A stretch of DNA of 64,000 nt from Ammoniphilus sp. YIM 78166 (GTDB taxonomy: Bacteria; Bacillota; Bacilli; Aneurinibacillales; RAOX-1), in NCBI RefSeq assembly GCF_004522215.1, contig NZ_SDLR01000005.1, positions 29,086 to 93,085 on the forward strand, given 5' to 3'. A program made the translations under genes and the position numbers. Positions 50,363 to 60,005 of this stretch are shown here, one piece after another. A model generated the notes under the pieces. It had not been told where the DNA came from. It saw only the letters and a list, made by a program, of their open reading frames with translations, and searched no databases. How positions within the stretch are numbered: position 1 is the first letter of the stretch; every line of letters begins with the position of its first letter.

Positions 50363-50512
50363 TTATGATTCGTTTTTTTTAATACGTTTAACAAGTAGCA
50401 AACAGAGGAAATAAATCAAAACGAAACAGAGAAGGACGGCACATAACAGTCCACCAAAAACTAGGATAGTTGGAGTGATTCCCGCTTGATTTAATGTTTT
50501 AAGATCTAACAT
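50363..50512 (-). CDS. small hydrophobic protein (49 aa) overlapping the 3' end of gerXB
   Basis: MLDLKTLNQAGITPTILVFGGLLCAVLLCFVLIYFLCLLLVKRIKKNES; 14-nt overlap suggests translational coupling; below ORF-track size cutoff. Confidence 0.3.
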   Translation of the reverse strand: MLDLKTLNQAGITPTILVFGGLLCAVLLCFVLIYFLCLLLVKRIKKNES

Positions 50513-51620
50513 GGATATTACGCCCTTGCTTTTGTTGTAGTTTTATCTTTAATTTGATAATCATTAGGAGCAAGAATGGAAGTATGAACTGATATGGGAG
50601 CATAAGATATGGGTTAATTACGTTGATCGCTACCTCACGATAAAAAGAGAAAGTAGGAAAATACACAAGGATGAACCAATACCATAAAACGCCCATTAAG
50701 ACCATCAACCATTTTTGATTTTTTTTGTTTATAAGTGTTTCCACTGCTAGTCGGGAGGCATTGAAATATAAGGTCATTTTATAAAAGCCACCGATAAAAA
50801 GAATTGCTCCTCCAATGGCATCCAATCTTTGAATGAAGTCCCCTATATTAATTTTTTGTATTATCTTGAAAAGTGGAAATTGTGCCGTAGCAGCTCCATG
50901 AACCCCTAATACAGCTATCATAAAACCCAGCGAAATGGTTAAAAGTATCCCTGAAATACCAACTGCCAATAAAGATATCCTCCGGATTTCTTGCTTATTG
51001 TTTACATAGCACCAATACATGAGAAATACAATCATTTCCCCAAAAGGAAAAGTAATTACTGAAGGTGTTGCTTTCATAATGGGCATGATTCCATTTTCTA
51101 AAGTTGGCGATAATTGTTCAATTTTCCCAATACCTGAAATCAAAGAAAGAAAGTAAATGGACAATATAAAAAACATAAGGTAGGGGAAAACGATTTGGCT
51201 AGAACGAGCCTTGGCTTCAATCCCTAAGAACAGACAGTACATCACAAGCGATATGGTAATAAGTAGGATTGCTTGAATGGGTGTTTCCTGAAAAAAATTT
51301 ATTATCATAAATTGGGCAAATTCATACAAAATGAAGGTTGAGATATAGAAAAAAAAGATCGCATACAAGATAATAAATGGGATTGCGATCCATTTTCCTA
51401 AAACAGAAACTAAAATTTCCATTAAATTTTGATGAGGAAAATGTTTCTGTATTTCAGTATAAAGCCAAGTTAAACCTAACCCAGCGCCAAGAGCGATTAA
51501 AATTACCATCCAAGCATCTTGTTTGGCATCAATCCCCAAAGCAAATAAGGTGGTACTTCCTATTTGAAATATAATAATCAAGGCAAATAATTGATATTTA
51601 TCAATATATTCTTTTTGCAA
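50499..51620 (-). CDS. spore germination protein, GerAB/GerKB-family (APC-superfamily permease)
   Basis: 373 aa, 10 TM; N-terminal YQLFALIIIFQIGSTTLFALG typical of germinant-receptor B subunits. Confidence 0.8.
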   Translation of the reverse strand: MQKEYIDKYQLFALIIIFQIGSTTLFALGIDAKQDAWMVILIALGAGLGLTWLYTEIQKHFPHQNLMEILVSVLGKWIAIPFIILYAIFFFYISTFILYEFAQFMIINFFQETPIQAILLITISLVMYCLFLGIEAKARSSQIVFPYLMFFILSIYFLSLISGIGKIEQLSPTLENGIMPIMKATPSVITFPFGEMIVFLMYWCYVNNKQEIRRISLLAVGISGILLTISLGFMIAVLGVHGAATAQFPLFKIIQKINIGDFIQRLDAIGGAILFIGGFYKMTLYFNASRLAVETLINKKNQKWLMVLMGVLWYWFILVYFPTFSFYREVAINVINPYLMLPYQFILPFLLLMIIKLKIKLQQKQGRNIHVRS

Positions 51621-51984
51621 ATCCTACAGCCCCTTTTACCCCATATCCGAATATCATCTTAGTATTCGGCTTGTTGTCCGTTAACTTTGTGCCATTTTTC
51701 CGTATATAGCTATACCTAACAATAGCAAAGGGAGAAAAAGCCCATACATTAAGGAAAAAGACCCGGAGGAATATAACCGAGTAATTTTTCAACCAACATT
51801 ACCATTCTGGTCATCCTTTTATTTTTTAATTTTCTGTGCTTTTTCAAAAATTAAATGTTCACAGTCCAACTTTTACCTTTCGTTGTATTGTTCACTAATA
51901 GGATTACCAAGTATAAGGTGGTTTTAATCGAATTGTGCTTTTCCATTACCTAAATAAAAAAAGACTGCTGATGCAGCCTTTCTG

Positions 51985-52105
51985 CGCTATCGATTCCCAT
52001 AGCGGAATAATGACTAAACCATGCATACCCCCTACCGGGTATTTTCATAGACATTAATCAGCAAAAGTTCACTCATGGTAGACATGTAATTCTTTAAATA
52101 ATGAT
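51985..52105 (+). repeat. ~120-bp repeat, copy 1 (second copy 56655-56775)
   Basis: ctatcgattccc...ccccctac[c/a]gggtatttt.a.agaca.taat..gcaaaagt.cact.atggtagacatgtaat shared at ~80% identity. Confidence 0.6.
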
Positions 52106-52856
52106 AAAATTCCAAACCCATGGTTTTTTATCATCCGTACAGCAACATTCCACTGATCGATGAGATCAATAAAGAAGGTGCTGTTTTTGGAGTTATACGG
52201 AACTATGAATTTCACGATTCATACTTACTTACTGTAATTCGATTGTATCTTTTTAATCTTTTCATATATGAATCCTTAGTGTATAATCAATTCAAACCTA
52301 ATTCCAAGTATGTTTATAGGAGTAATATTATATGATTTTAGCCAAAATGATTTTATATCTATTAAATCAGCATGAAATCTTGGATACCATTACCTTAGCC
52401 GATGCACTCGAAGATACACGGATCGATGAGCGATTAACATTTTTAAGATCAAGTGGATACATAAATGAAGTTGGAAAGAATGAATATGAAATTACACCCA
52501 AAGGGAGAGTAGCGTTAAGGAAAATATAATCAAGACAGTATGTGTAAGGAGGGGGCATCCATTGAATTCCTTACTGCCAGACACCCTCAAGGAATTTTTA
52601 GATATGGTTAAAACAGAAGATGGATTACAAACATTAATTCAAAATTTAATGGAAGAATACAAAAAGTCCTCATTTCCGAAAGAAGGATGAGGAGTTTTTG
52701 TATTCATATGGTGGTAATACAGAATGATTTGCTTTAATCTTAGGCACTAAAAATATGCACAAAGCGAGCATTGGTATTTCTATAAGAATAACAGCCATCT
52801 TCAAAAAGAGTGTTGTTGCCCGTTTCATAGTTCTCAAATATTCGAATATTCACGTC

Positions 52857-54188
52857 TTAAATTTCCCCTAAAACAGCCGAGAACTGCGGCAAATATTCCC
52901 GATTTTCTTCAAGGATATCGTCTAGCAGCTTTTTTGCCATGTTTGCCGAACCGACTAACGGGTGGATCGATAAAGCTTGCAATGCAGCGTGATAATCCCC
53001 TTTTGCGGCTGCGGTCACCGTCAATTCCTCGTAGGCTTTCACGACTTGCAATAATCCACGAATTTGCGGGGGAAGCGGTGTTTGGATGGCCACAGGATGA
53101 GCCCCGTTCGAATCAATGATGCAGTTTACTTCAATAGAGACGTCATCCGGCAGGCAAGTAATGACTCCATTGTTTTTTACATTCACCGTCTGGATATCTT
53201 TCCTATCATTATAAATGGAGGCCATGAGGTTAACCGCAGCTTCAGAGTAATAGGCACCCCCCCGTTTCTCCAGCTGAGCGGGTTTTTCGGCAAGCTGTTC
53301 ATTCTGATACAGCTCGAACAGCTCTTCCTCTACCTTTTTTACGGCTTCCGCCCTCGTCCCTTTGGCCTTTAAGGACTCCAATTGCTCCTCTAGCATTTTT
53401 TCCTTCATATAATAATAGCGATGATAACTGCAAGGAAGAGCCCCTAAAGATGTAAGGAAATCGAGATTCCAACCAAAATCGGGTATATTTTTCACCGTTA
53501 TTCCCTTGGTTTCGCTAACTTTTTGTAGGATTTCATCCTTTACGTTCTTCCCGTCCACATAAATCTGTGTAGTCCAGTTGAGATGGTTAATGCCGACCAT
53601 TTCAATTTCGACTTTCGATACTTCGGTATCCATTAACGAAGCCATTTGCATTTTGGTTCCGATCGGAAGATTGCAAAGGCCTATTGTTTTCACCTGTGAA
53701 TGCTTGATGACAGCCTCCGTCACGATACCCGCGGGATTTGTAAAATTGATCATATAGGCATTAGGAGCCAATTCCTCGATATCTTTGCAGATATCCAGAA
53801 TGACCGGAATGGTCCGAAGCGCCTTGGCAAACCCGCCCGCACCAGTCGTTTCTTGGCCAATGCATTGATAGCGCAAGGGAATTCTCTCATCACGCGCACG
53901 GGCATCCAGTAAACCCACTCGCATTTGAGTTGTAACAAAGTCGGCATTTTCAATGGCTTCCCGGCGATTTAGGGTTAAATGCAAGTTAATCGGCACATTG
54001 GCCTTTTCTATCATTCGTTTGGCTAGAGCCCCGACAATCTCCAATTTTTGTTTGCCAGCCTCAATATCTACCAAATACAGGTCACTAACAGGCAACTCAT
54101 GGAATCGTTTTATAAAACCCTCTATCAGCTCGGGAGTATAAGAAGATCCACCGCCAATAACCGCAATTTTAAGGCTACCTTTTCTCAC
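52857..54188 (-). CDS. glycoside hydrolase family 4 (6-phospho-glucosidase, NAD+/Mn2+-dependent)
   Basis: 443 aa; N-terminal Rossmann KIAVIGGGSSYTPELI and GH4-length. Confidence 0.85.
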   Translation of the reverse strand: MRKGSLKIAVIGGGSSYTPELIEGFIKRFHELPVSDLYLVDIEAGKQKLEIVGALAKRMIEKANVPINLHLTLNRREAIENADFVTTQMRVGLLDARARDERIPLRYQCIGQETTGAGGFAKALRTIPVILDICKDIEELAPNAYMINFTNPAGIVTEAVIKHSQVKTIGLCNLPIGTKMQMASLMDTEVSKVEIEMVGINHLNWTTQIYVDGKNVKDEILQKVSETKGITVKNIPDFGWNLDFLTSLGALPCSYHRYYYMKEKMLEEQLESLKAKGTRAEAVKKVEEELFELYQNEQLAEKPAQLEKRGGAYYSEAAVNLMASIYNDRKDIQTVNVKNNGVITCLPDDVSIEVNCIIDSNGAHPVAIQTPLPPQIRGLLQVVKAYEELTVTAAAKGDYHAALQALSIHPLVGSANMAKKLLDDILEENREYLPQFSAVLGEI

Positions 54189-55167
54189 CCGCTACCCCTC
54201 CGTAAAGATCAAATTTCCTATATATCTCCGGCCCTACTGGAATCTTCAGATGATCCATCCCAAGCAGGATCGCCCCATAAACAGGCTCCACACTTGGTGT
54301 AACCAAATGAGCCTTTTTATTTTCTTGTAAAATCGTCTCCCGCATGGTTCCCAGGAGATAAGGGTTCTTTCCCTGTTGCAAAACGCTCCCGATCAAAACA
54401 ACGGGAATATCCTCCTCACTGGATAGGCCTAACCTTTTAATGACTGAATTTGCCGAAATCCCCAATTCATACCCTGTATTACGGAGAATGCGAATGGCCA
54501 ATTCATCCCCTAAGTCTGCGGCTTCATGCAAAATCAACGTTAATTGGCCTGGAACCTCTTTCACTTCCCGATCCAAAAAGTGGTTGAGCATTTCTTCCAT
54601 ATTTTTAAATTCAAAGAACTTCGGCACGAGGTCCGTTAAAACAGATGGAATTTCCCGGTAGTCCCACGATCTAACGGCAGATCGGAACGTCTCCAGTGCC
54701 ATCTTTTTTCCGCCTGCCGCATCTCCATATAAGTAACCCTGCCCCCCAGTTTGTACCACCTTGCCCTCCTTGCTCCTGCCCACTGCATTCGTACCGCTTC
54801 CGCAGATCAGAACGACACCCGTATGACTCGGACTGCCTAATCTCAAACCCACCAAGGCATCGCAGACAAGATTCCAGGACCCAAAAGGAAAAAGGTTGAA
54901 TAATGCGGGTTGAAGAATGAGAAAGTCCGATTCCCTGTCCGCCCCTGCAAACCCGTATTGGACGAACGATATGTCAACGTACCTCAGTTGAGCCTTTGCC
55001 AAGGCTTGTTCGATCGATTCCTTCACATGGGTTAGCGCTTTTTCAAGTCCAAAGACCTCATGATTCCCTCCTGCTGAAAGGCCTTCCCCAAGCGTATTCC
55101 CCTGTTCATCGGTGATGACGGTGTAGGTTTTGCTCCCCCCTGCATCAACTCCCATAATGTATCTCAT
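54175..55167 (-). CDS. BadF/BadG/BcrA/BcrD-type ATPase (N-acetylglucosamine-kinase-like sugar kinase)
   Basis: start reassigned to MRYIMGVDAGGSKT (RBS GGAGGAA); ASKHA-fold phosphate-1 motif GVDAGGSKT. Confidence 0.75.
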   Translation of the reverse strand: MRYIMGVDAGGSKTYTVITDEQGNTLGEGLSAGGNHEVFGLEKALTHVKESIEQALAKAQLRYVDISFVQYGFAGADRESDFLILQPALFNLFPFGSWNLVCDALVGLRLGSPSHTGVVLICGSGTNAVGRSKEGKVVQTGGQGYLYGDAAGGKKMALETFRSAVRSWDYREIPSVLTDLVPKFFEFKNMEEMLNHFLDREVKEVPGQLTLILHEAADLGDELAIRILRNTGYELGISANSVIKRLGLSSEEDIPVVLIGSVLQQGKNPYLLGTMRETILQENKKAHLVTPSVEPVYGAILLGMDHLKIPVGPEIYRKFDLYGGVAGEKR

Positions 55168-55645
55168 GCAGATTCCTCCTTTACTCCTCCAGTTGTATAT
55201 CCCGCCTAAGTTATAGCGGTAAAAAAATAAAGCTATGGGCACTGCGGTCTTTCCGATAAACTCCCAAATCGTCACCGCAGCCCACAAGAGAAAACGCTGT
55301 CAAAACACTTATCAGAGTAGAGCTCATAGCTTTGGTGAGCCTAGAGGAAAATGGTAGTAACCTCACTACTAATCTCCCTTATTTTTTAAATATGTTATAA
55401 CATTAACTGAATTGTAACTACAATTGTATACGAAGTCAATAAAAATAAAAAAACCTATAAAAACATCATAATTCAACACATCTTGAATTTGTTATTACAA
55501 TAACATCCTCCAATGATTACTATACCTTCAACATTACCTAGCTATATTCGATACATAGTGGTAATATTATTCTAACTTGTATCAAAATTGGGTACACAAT
55601 CCGAGTGTTGTTACAACCAATTAGTTACCCAACCGGAGGAATTGT

Positions 55646-56374
55646 ATGACAAAAGAAGGTCCTGGAATACCCCTATATTATCTCGTTAAGGAAAAAATTT
55701 TAGAAATGATTCACTCGAACAAGCTGGAGATAGGGGATAAACTGCCTACGGAACATGAATTATGCACAAAGCTGGGCGTAAGCAGGACGACAATACGGCT
55801 AGCTTTGCAACGATTGGAATTAGAGGGCCGAGTACAGAGAATTCAGGGTAAAGGCACCTTTGTAGCACAACCCAAAATCCAGCACACATTCAGTACCATT
55901 AGTAAAAGCTTCTCTGAACAAATAAAAGATATTGGCTTATATCCCAAATCGAAGGTAATCCATTTTGAAGTCATCCCTGCTCCCCTTCCAATTTCTGGAA
56001 TATTGCAAATAGATGAAAAGGATCCCGTGTTTAAATTAGAGAGATTGCGCTTTGCCAATGAAGAACCGCTGCAGTTGCTAACGTCCTTCGTCCCCTGGAA
56101 AGTGGCACCCGGACTCCAGCAAAAGGATTGTTCCGGCTCTTTATTTCAGCTTCTTCGGACCAAATATGGAGTGAATATACACCGTTCAGTCGAATCCGTT
56201 GAACCCTTCTTAATTGATGAGGCCATGAGCAAGCTGCTTCATGTCCCTGCAGGCTCGCCATCCCTTCTATTAAAATCAACAACCTATGACAAGGATGATC
56301 AGCCGATAGAATATTCCATCGGTATTACCCGTGGCGAACAAATTAAATTTGCAATGGAACATTATTATCATTAA
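55646..56374 (+). CDS. GntR/HutC-family transcriptional regulator (UTRA effector domain)
   Basis: 242 aa; N-terminal wHTH LPTEHELCTKLGVSRTTIRLALQRLELEGRVQRIQGKGTFV; divergent from sugar catabolic genes. Confidence 0.85.
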   Translation: MTKEGPGIPLYYLVKEKILEMIHSNKLEIGDKLPTEHELCTKLGVSRTTIRLALQRLELEGRVQRIQGKGTFVAQPKIQHTFSTISKSFSEQIKDIGLYPKSKVIHFEVIPAPLPISGILQIDEKDPVFKLERLRFANEEPLQLLTSFVPWKVAPGLQQKDCSGSLFQLLRTKYGVNIHRSVESVEPFLIDEAMSKLLHVPAGSPSLLLKSTTYDKDDQPIEYSIGITRGEQIKFAMEHYYH

Positions 56375-56654
56375 TTGGGACTATGGACCCTAAAAGTAAC
56401 CACTGGAAAATTTCTGTCGTGAACTTAGAGGTTTATGCATGTAAACCTACGGGATAAAACAACAAAGAGGGCTGCTTAAGAGTAACGGGTTCCATTTAGA
56501 GGTGCAAGCAATGGTATACACAACCGATTTTCAAGTCCGTTTTCAAGGTGTTTTCACCACTATAATCACATCAAACTTCGCAGTTTAAATCACAAAAGCA
56601 GGACTTCTCTCAACTGTTATGTTGGAAGAAGCCCTGCTTTAATTTTATCTGTGT

Positions 56655-56775
56655 TATTGAACTATCGATTCCCGTCGTTTAATAAATGACTAAAATTAAT
56701 ATACCCCCTACAGGGTATTTTTAAAGACAATAATTGGCAAAAGTACACTGATGGTAGACATGTAATAAAACCAAG
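56655..56775 (+). repeat. ~120-bp repeat, copy 2
   Basis: see 51985-52105. Confidence 0.6.
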
Positions 56776-57150
56776 GATGAATAGATGGAAATTCTCCACC
56801 TATGATTAAAAATTAAATAGAAACCTCATCATATAGGTGGAAAAACTCCAACTATTTGCTCTGAAAGCCATATTTATTTGATGTTTTCAAGCATTAGTTG
56901 TTGATTCTCCACTTATTTTGCTTTTTTTCCTCTTATTTTTTCGGATAAGTGGACTTTTTACCACTATTTAAAATCAACTCGATGTATCACAATCTCGTAC
57001 TCCAAACATCCACATCTTCTAATATTCATTGGTACTGTTTCGTTAAACTGCCCGATAGTTCAGCAGGTGCCATTGATCTGGCAGCCTCCTGTCATCAAGG
57101 AACTCTTGTTTCTCAAGCCATAGTGATCTCGAGGTTTTAGTACCAAGATC

Positions 57151-57681
57151 TTATTTTACTGCAAGCCAGATTTGATTCGATGAATCGGCACGATGTGGAT
57201 CAGGATCAATATAGGCTTCTATGGCTGGTATTTCAGCCACGTCATACCTATTTGACGGAATCCATTCGGAAAAAATTTGTTTCCAAGCCTTAGGCATTGC
57301 GATTGGGGTTGGTCCATACACTTCAAAAACGACCCATTTGGATGCGGGAAATTGAATGATCGATAAACCATTTAGCAACTCTCCAATATGTTCTGCAGCA
57401 ATCCAGTAATCAATCGTGTTTTTCTCTGCGTCATAATTGTCAGTAATCCCTAATAAACCTTTAAATTCTCCATTCATTAATTCAACTAACATGTTCGCTG
57501 TTCCATTATTATTTACTTCATCCCAAAGTTCTGGAATACCTTGAGCTCCTGCCTCCGCGCCACAAGAACATTCACGTTTTACACCAACGGCTTGGAAAGC
57601 ATCTCTTTTAACAATCTGATATTTCCTCTGTTCTGCTCCTTCCAGATTTACTTGAAAAAATCTTTCCATTATTTGCATCAC
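57151..57681 (-). CDS. GyrI-like small-molecule-binding domain protein
   Basis: 176 aa; effector-binding-domain pattern (paired beta-alpha-beta-beta halves). Confidence 0.65.
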   Translation of the reverse strand: MMQIMERFFQVNLEGAEQRKYQIVKRDAFQAVGVKRECSCGAEAGAQGIPELWDEVNNNGTANMLVELMNGEFKGLLGITDNYDAEKNTIDYWIAAEHIGELLNGLSIIQFPASKWVVFEVYGPTPIAMPKAWKQIFSEWIPSNRYDVAEIPAIEAYIDPDPHRADSSNQIWLAVK

Positions 57682-57909
57682 TCTGATACCAAAGCATTGT
57701 ATCTCCCGTTATGTTCATAAATCGCATTCAAATTCACCGCGAATCCTTAGAGTAATTCCACTAACATCGACCGAGCGACCACCCGCTCAGGATGGGTGAA
57801 GAAGAAAAACATCATATTTGTCCACTTTAACAAAATCTATTTTTTGGGCAGAGCCAAGAAAAGCCTAATTACATTACTACTTAGAAAGTGGTCGACAGTC
57901 CGACGGCTT

Positions 57910-58335
57910 TCAAATGTTTAGCCTCTCCGTGAGCTCTTTGATTTTCGGCAAGTTCATATCCCAGCCCGCAAGCGCACCGAGGTAACACTCTTCACCATCC
58001 GGTTTTTCCGCAAAATCACCGTGCACAACGGACAATACGGTGTTTCTGTTTCGTTCATCGAGCGTGAGTATGACAATGTCTTGCGGCATCGTGAAGCTGT
58101 AACGGATCATTTTCACCGGCTCGATCCCGAGAATCTTCCCCTCGATGTCGATAGTTCCCTCGGCGGTTTTCCAATACATGGCGCTGCCGACTTTCCAATC
58201 AGATTCCAGTGCACCGAAACCAGGCCAAAATTGCTCGATCCACTGTTTGCTGAGAGCCGGATTCGTCAAAACTTGCCAAACCTTCGCAGCCGGAGCATTG
58301 ATTTCAATTGATTTTTCAACAAGGAGCTTCTTCAT
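57910..58335 (-). CDS. SRPBCC (AHSA1/START-like) domain protein
   Basis: 141 aa; IEINAPAAKVWQVLTNP...WIEQF typical of SRPBCC/Aha1-like. Confidence 0.75.
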   Translation of the reverse strand: MKKLLVEKSIEINAPAAKVWQVLTNPALSKQWIEQFWPGFGALESDWKVGSAMYWKTAEGTIDIEGKILGIEPVKMIRYSFTMPQDIVILTLDERNRNTVLSVVHGDFAEKPDGEECYLGALAGWDMNLPKIKELTERLNI

Positions 58336-58421
58336 TTATACCTCCCGGTAGTCTATCATGTCCTATTATATGTTTTTGCGCAAAACGATGAACCTGAGGT
58401 CTATCGGATATATTTTTTGAC

Positions 58422-58904
58422 CTAGTCTTTAGGGAAGTTCTCGAGAAGCTGTTCATATTTCTCATGCCATATTTTCCATTCGTTTTCACGTGATTGTATT
58501 GCCCTTCCATCCAACAATACGTTAATGACATCCAAACATACATGCCAGCCGGCAAGATCCTTTGAAGTATGGTTTGTTATCTTATTAATCTTTTCAATTA
58601 AGACTAAGCGACTTCCATCGGACTCAGGATATAGCTCAAAACGAACACGGTCTTCGCCCCATGTATATTCCAAAACGGAGTTTGGTTTAAGCTCTATAAT
58701 TTCAAGTTCCTCAAATGTACCATCCTGCATGTCAAACTTAATTATTCCTCCTTCTCGGAGGTCGTCGATCTGTAACTCAGAGAACCACTTCTCCAACTTA
58801 TCATTCTCCGTCAACGAAGACCATATTTTCTCAACTGTGTGCTTTAGATTACGCTCGAACCGAGCAACATATCCATTCTGTACCTGCTGTACAACCGCTA
58901 ACAT
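58422..58904 (-). CDS. SRPBCC (AHSA1-like) domain protein
   Basis: 160 aa; HTVEKIWSSLTENDKLEKWF SRPBCC signature. Confidence 0.75.
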   Translation of the reverse strand: MLAVVQQVQNGYVARFERNLKHTVEKIWSSLTENDKLEKWFSELQIDDLREGGIIKFDMQDGTFEELEIIELKPNSVLEYTWGEDRVRFELYPESDGSRLVLIEKINKITNHTSKDLAGWHVCLDVINVLLDGRAIQSRENEWKIWHEKYEQLLENFPKD

Positions 58905-58929
58905 GCAATACCTCCTTAGGATTTAGTTC

Positions 58930-59170
58930 GATCAGGAGAATCGTGAATCGTATTTTCCACCTCATCAAGCATACTGGTAATCTTGCTTGCGCTAAATTCA
59001 CTGTCCAGGCGATTACCCAAAAACCAGCAGTAACAACTCCAGCCTGCCGACATTCTAAGCTCCTCGGCTTGCGAGTGGCTTCATTTCGCCTGTAGCCACG
59101 TCAGAAAGCGGCTCGTGTGCACCATTGCTTATGTAAGTCTTTTTAATTCGTTCCTTGCCGAGCGCTTTCA
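58930..59170 (-). pseudogene. DNA alkylation repair (AlkD-like HEAT-repeat) gene fragment
   Basis: minus-strand MQELKALGKERIKKTYISNGAHEPLSDVATGEMKPLA then stops; N-terminal ~40 codons only. Confidence 0.3.
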
Positions 59171-59663
59171 GTTCCTGCATAACCTTCCTTTATAATCATA
59201 CCCACTTCATTGTAACCATCTAACTAATATTCTTTATCAAGCAATGCTCTAACTTGATGTAAAAGATCAAAAGTAGTTTGCCATTCGAGAGAAGTTAGAT
59301 CAAATCCATTTTACTTGTGTACTCTTGGTACAATTAAACCTGAACCTAATAAGACTTGTTGAGGTTTTTGAACGAATAAACAATATTTATTACTGAGAAC
59401 GACTCAGTGTTCTGTATCTGATCCAGGAAAACAGAAAGGTCATCCCATATTTTTACTACCTCTTTTCAACATTTCCATCCATCTTCATAAATTCTTGAAC
59501 TTAATTCTGTTATCCTGCTGCCCGTTTATTAAAAAATGAGCTGCATAAACAGCTCAGCGTTCTTCATCGAAAGCGCTCGAAAATTGAAGTGGAATGGTGC
59601 TTTCAAGTAATTAACGGATACGGCCGACAAAACTCGGAAAACGTACACTAAGCGAAATTTTAC

Positions 59664-59742
59664 TCGCCAACGGTAAAGCGCTCCGCGCTTTACCTTATAA
59701 AAGGGGACTGTCCCCTACCTAAGGGGGTATTCCCGTAGCTAG
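59664..59742 (+). repeat. three-hairpin repeat, copy R8 (full)
   Basis: cgccaacggtaaagcgctccgcgctttaccttataaaaggggactgtcccctacctaagggggtattcccgtagc. Confidence 0.8.
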
Positions 59743-59749
59743 CAAAATA

Positions 59750-59860
59750 TCGGTCAGGTACAACAGACGTGCCCCAATCTGGGGGCTGCTCAGTTTAGAA
59801 AGAAATAGACCACGGAGTTTTTGGCTCATAGGTGGTCAATTCCTTTTTGGTCATAAATGT
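59750..59860. repeat. decayed third copy of type I toxin/sRNA module (promoter lost, hairpin degenerate)
   Basis: cggtcaggtacaacagacgtgcccc...agaaatagaccacggagttt aligns with sRNA body/terminator of copy 1. Confidence 0.55.
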
Positions 59861-60005
59861 GAGAAGGGCAATGCTAAAATCTAATACCCTTCCCCCTCTT
59901 TCACACCCTAGGTAACGGGTCTGCTTATACTCTCTCTTAAATATTCAGCAATTTACTACCTAAGAAGGGGCAAAAGCTTACACGTTATCCGCCTAAGTTT
60001 GGATG

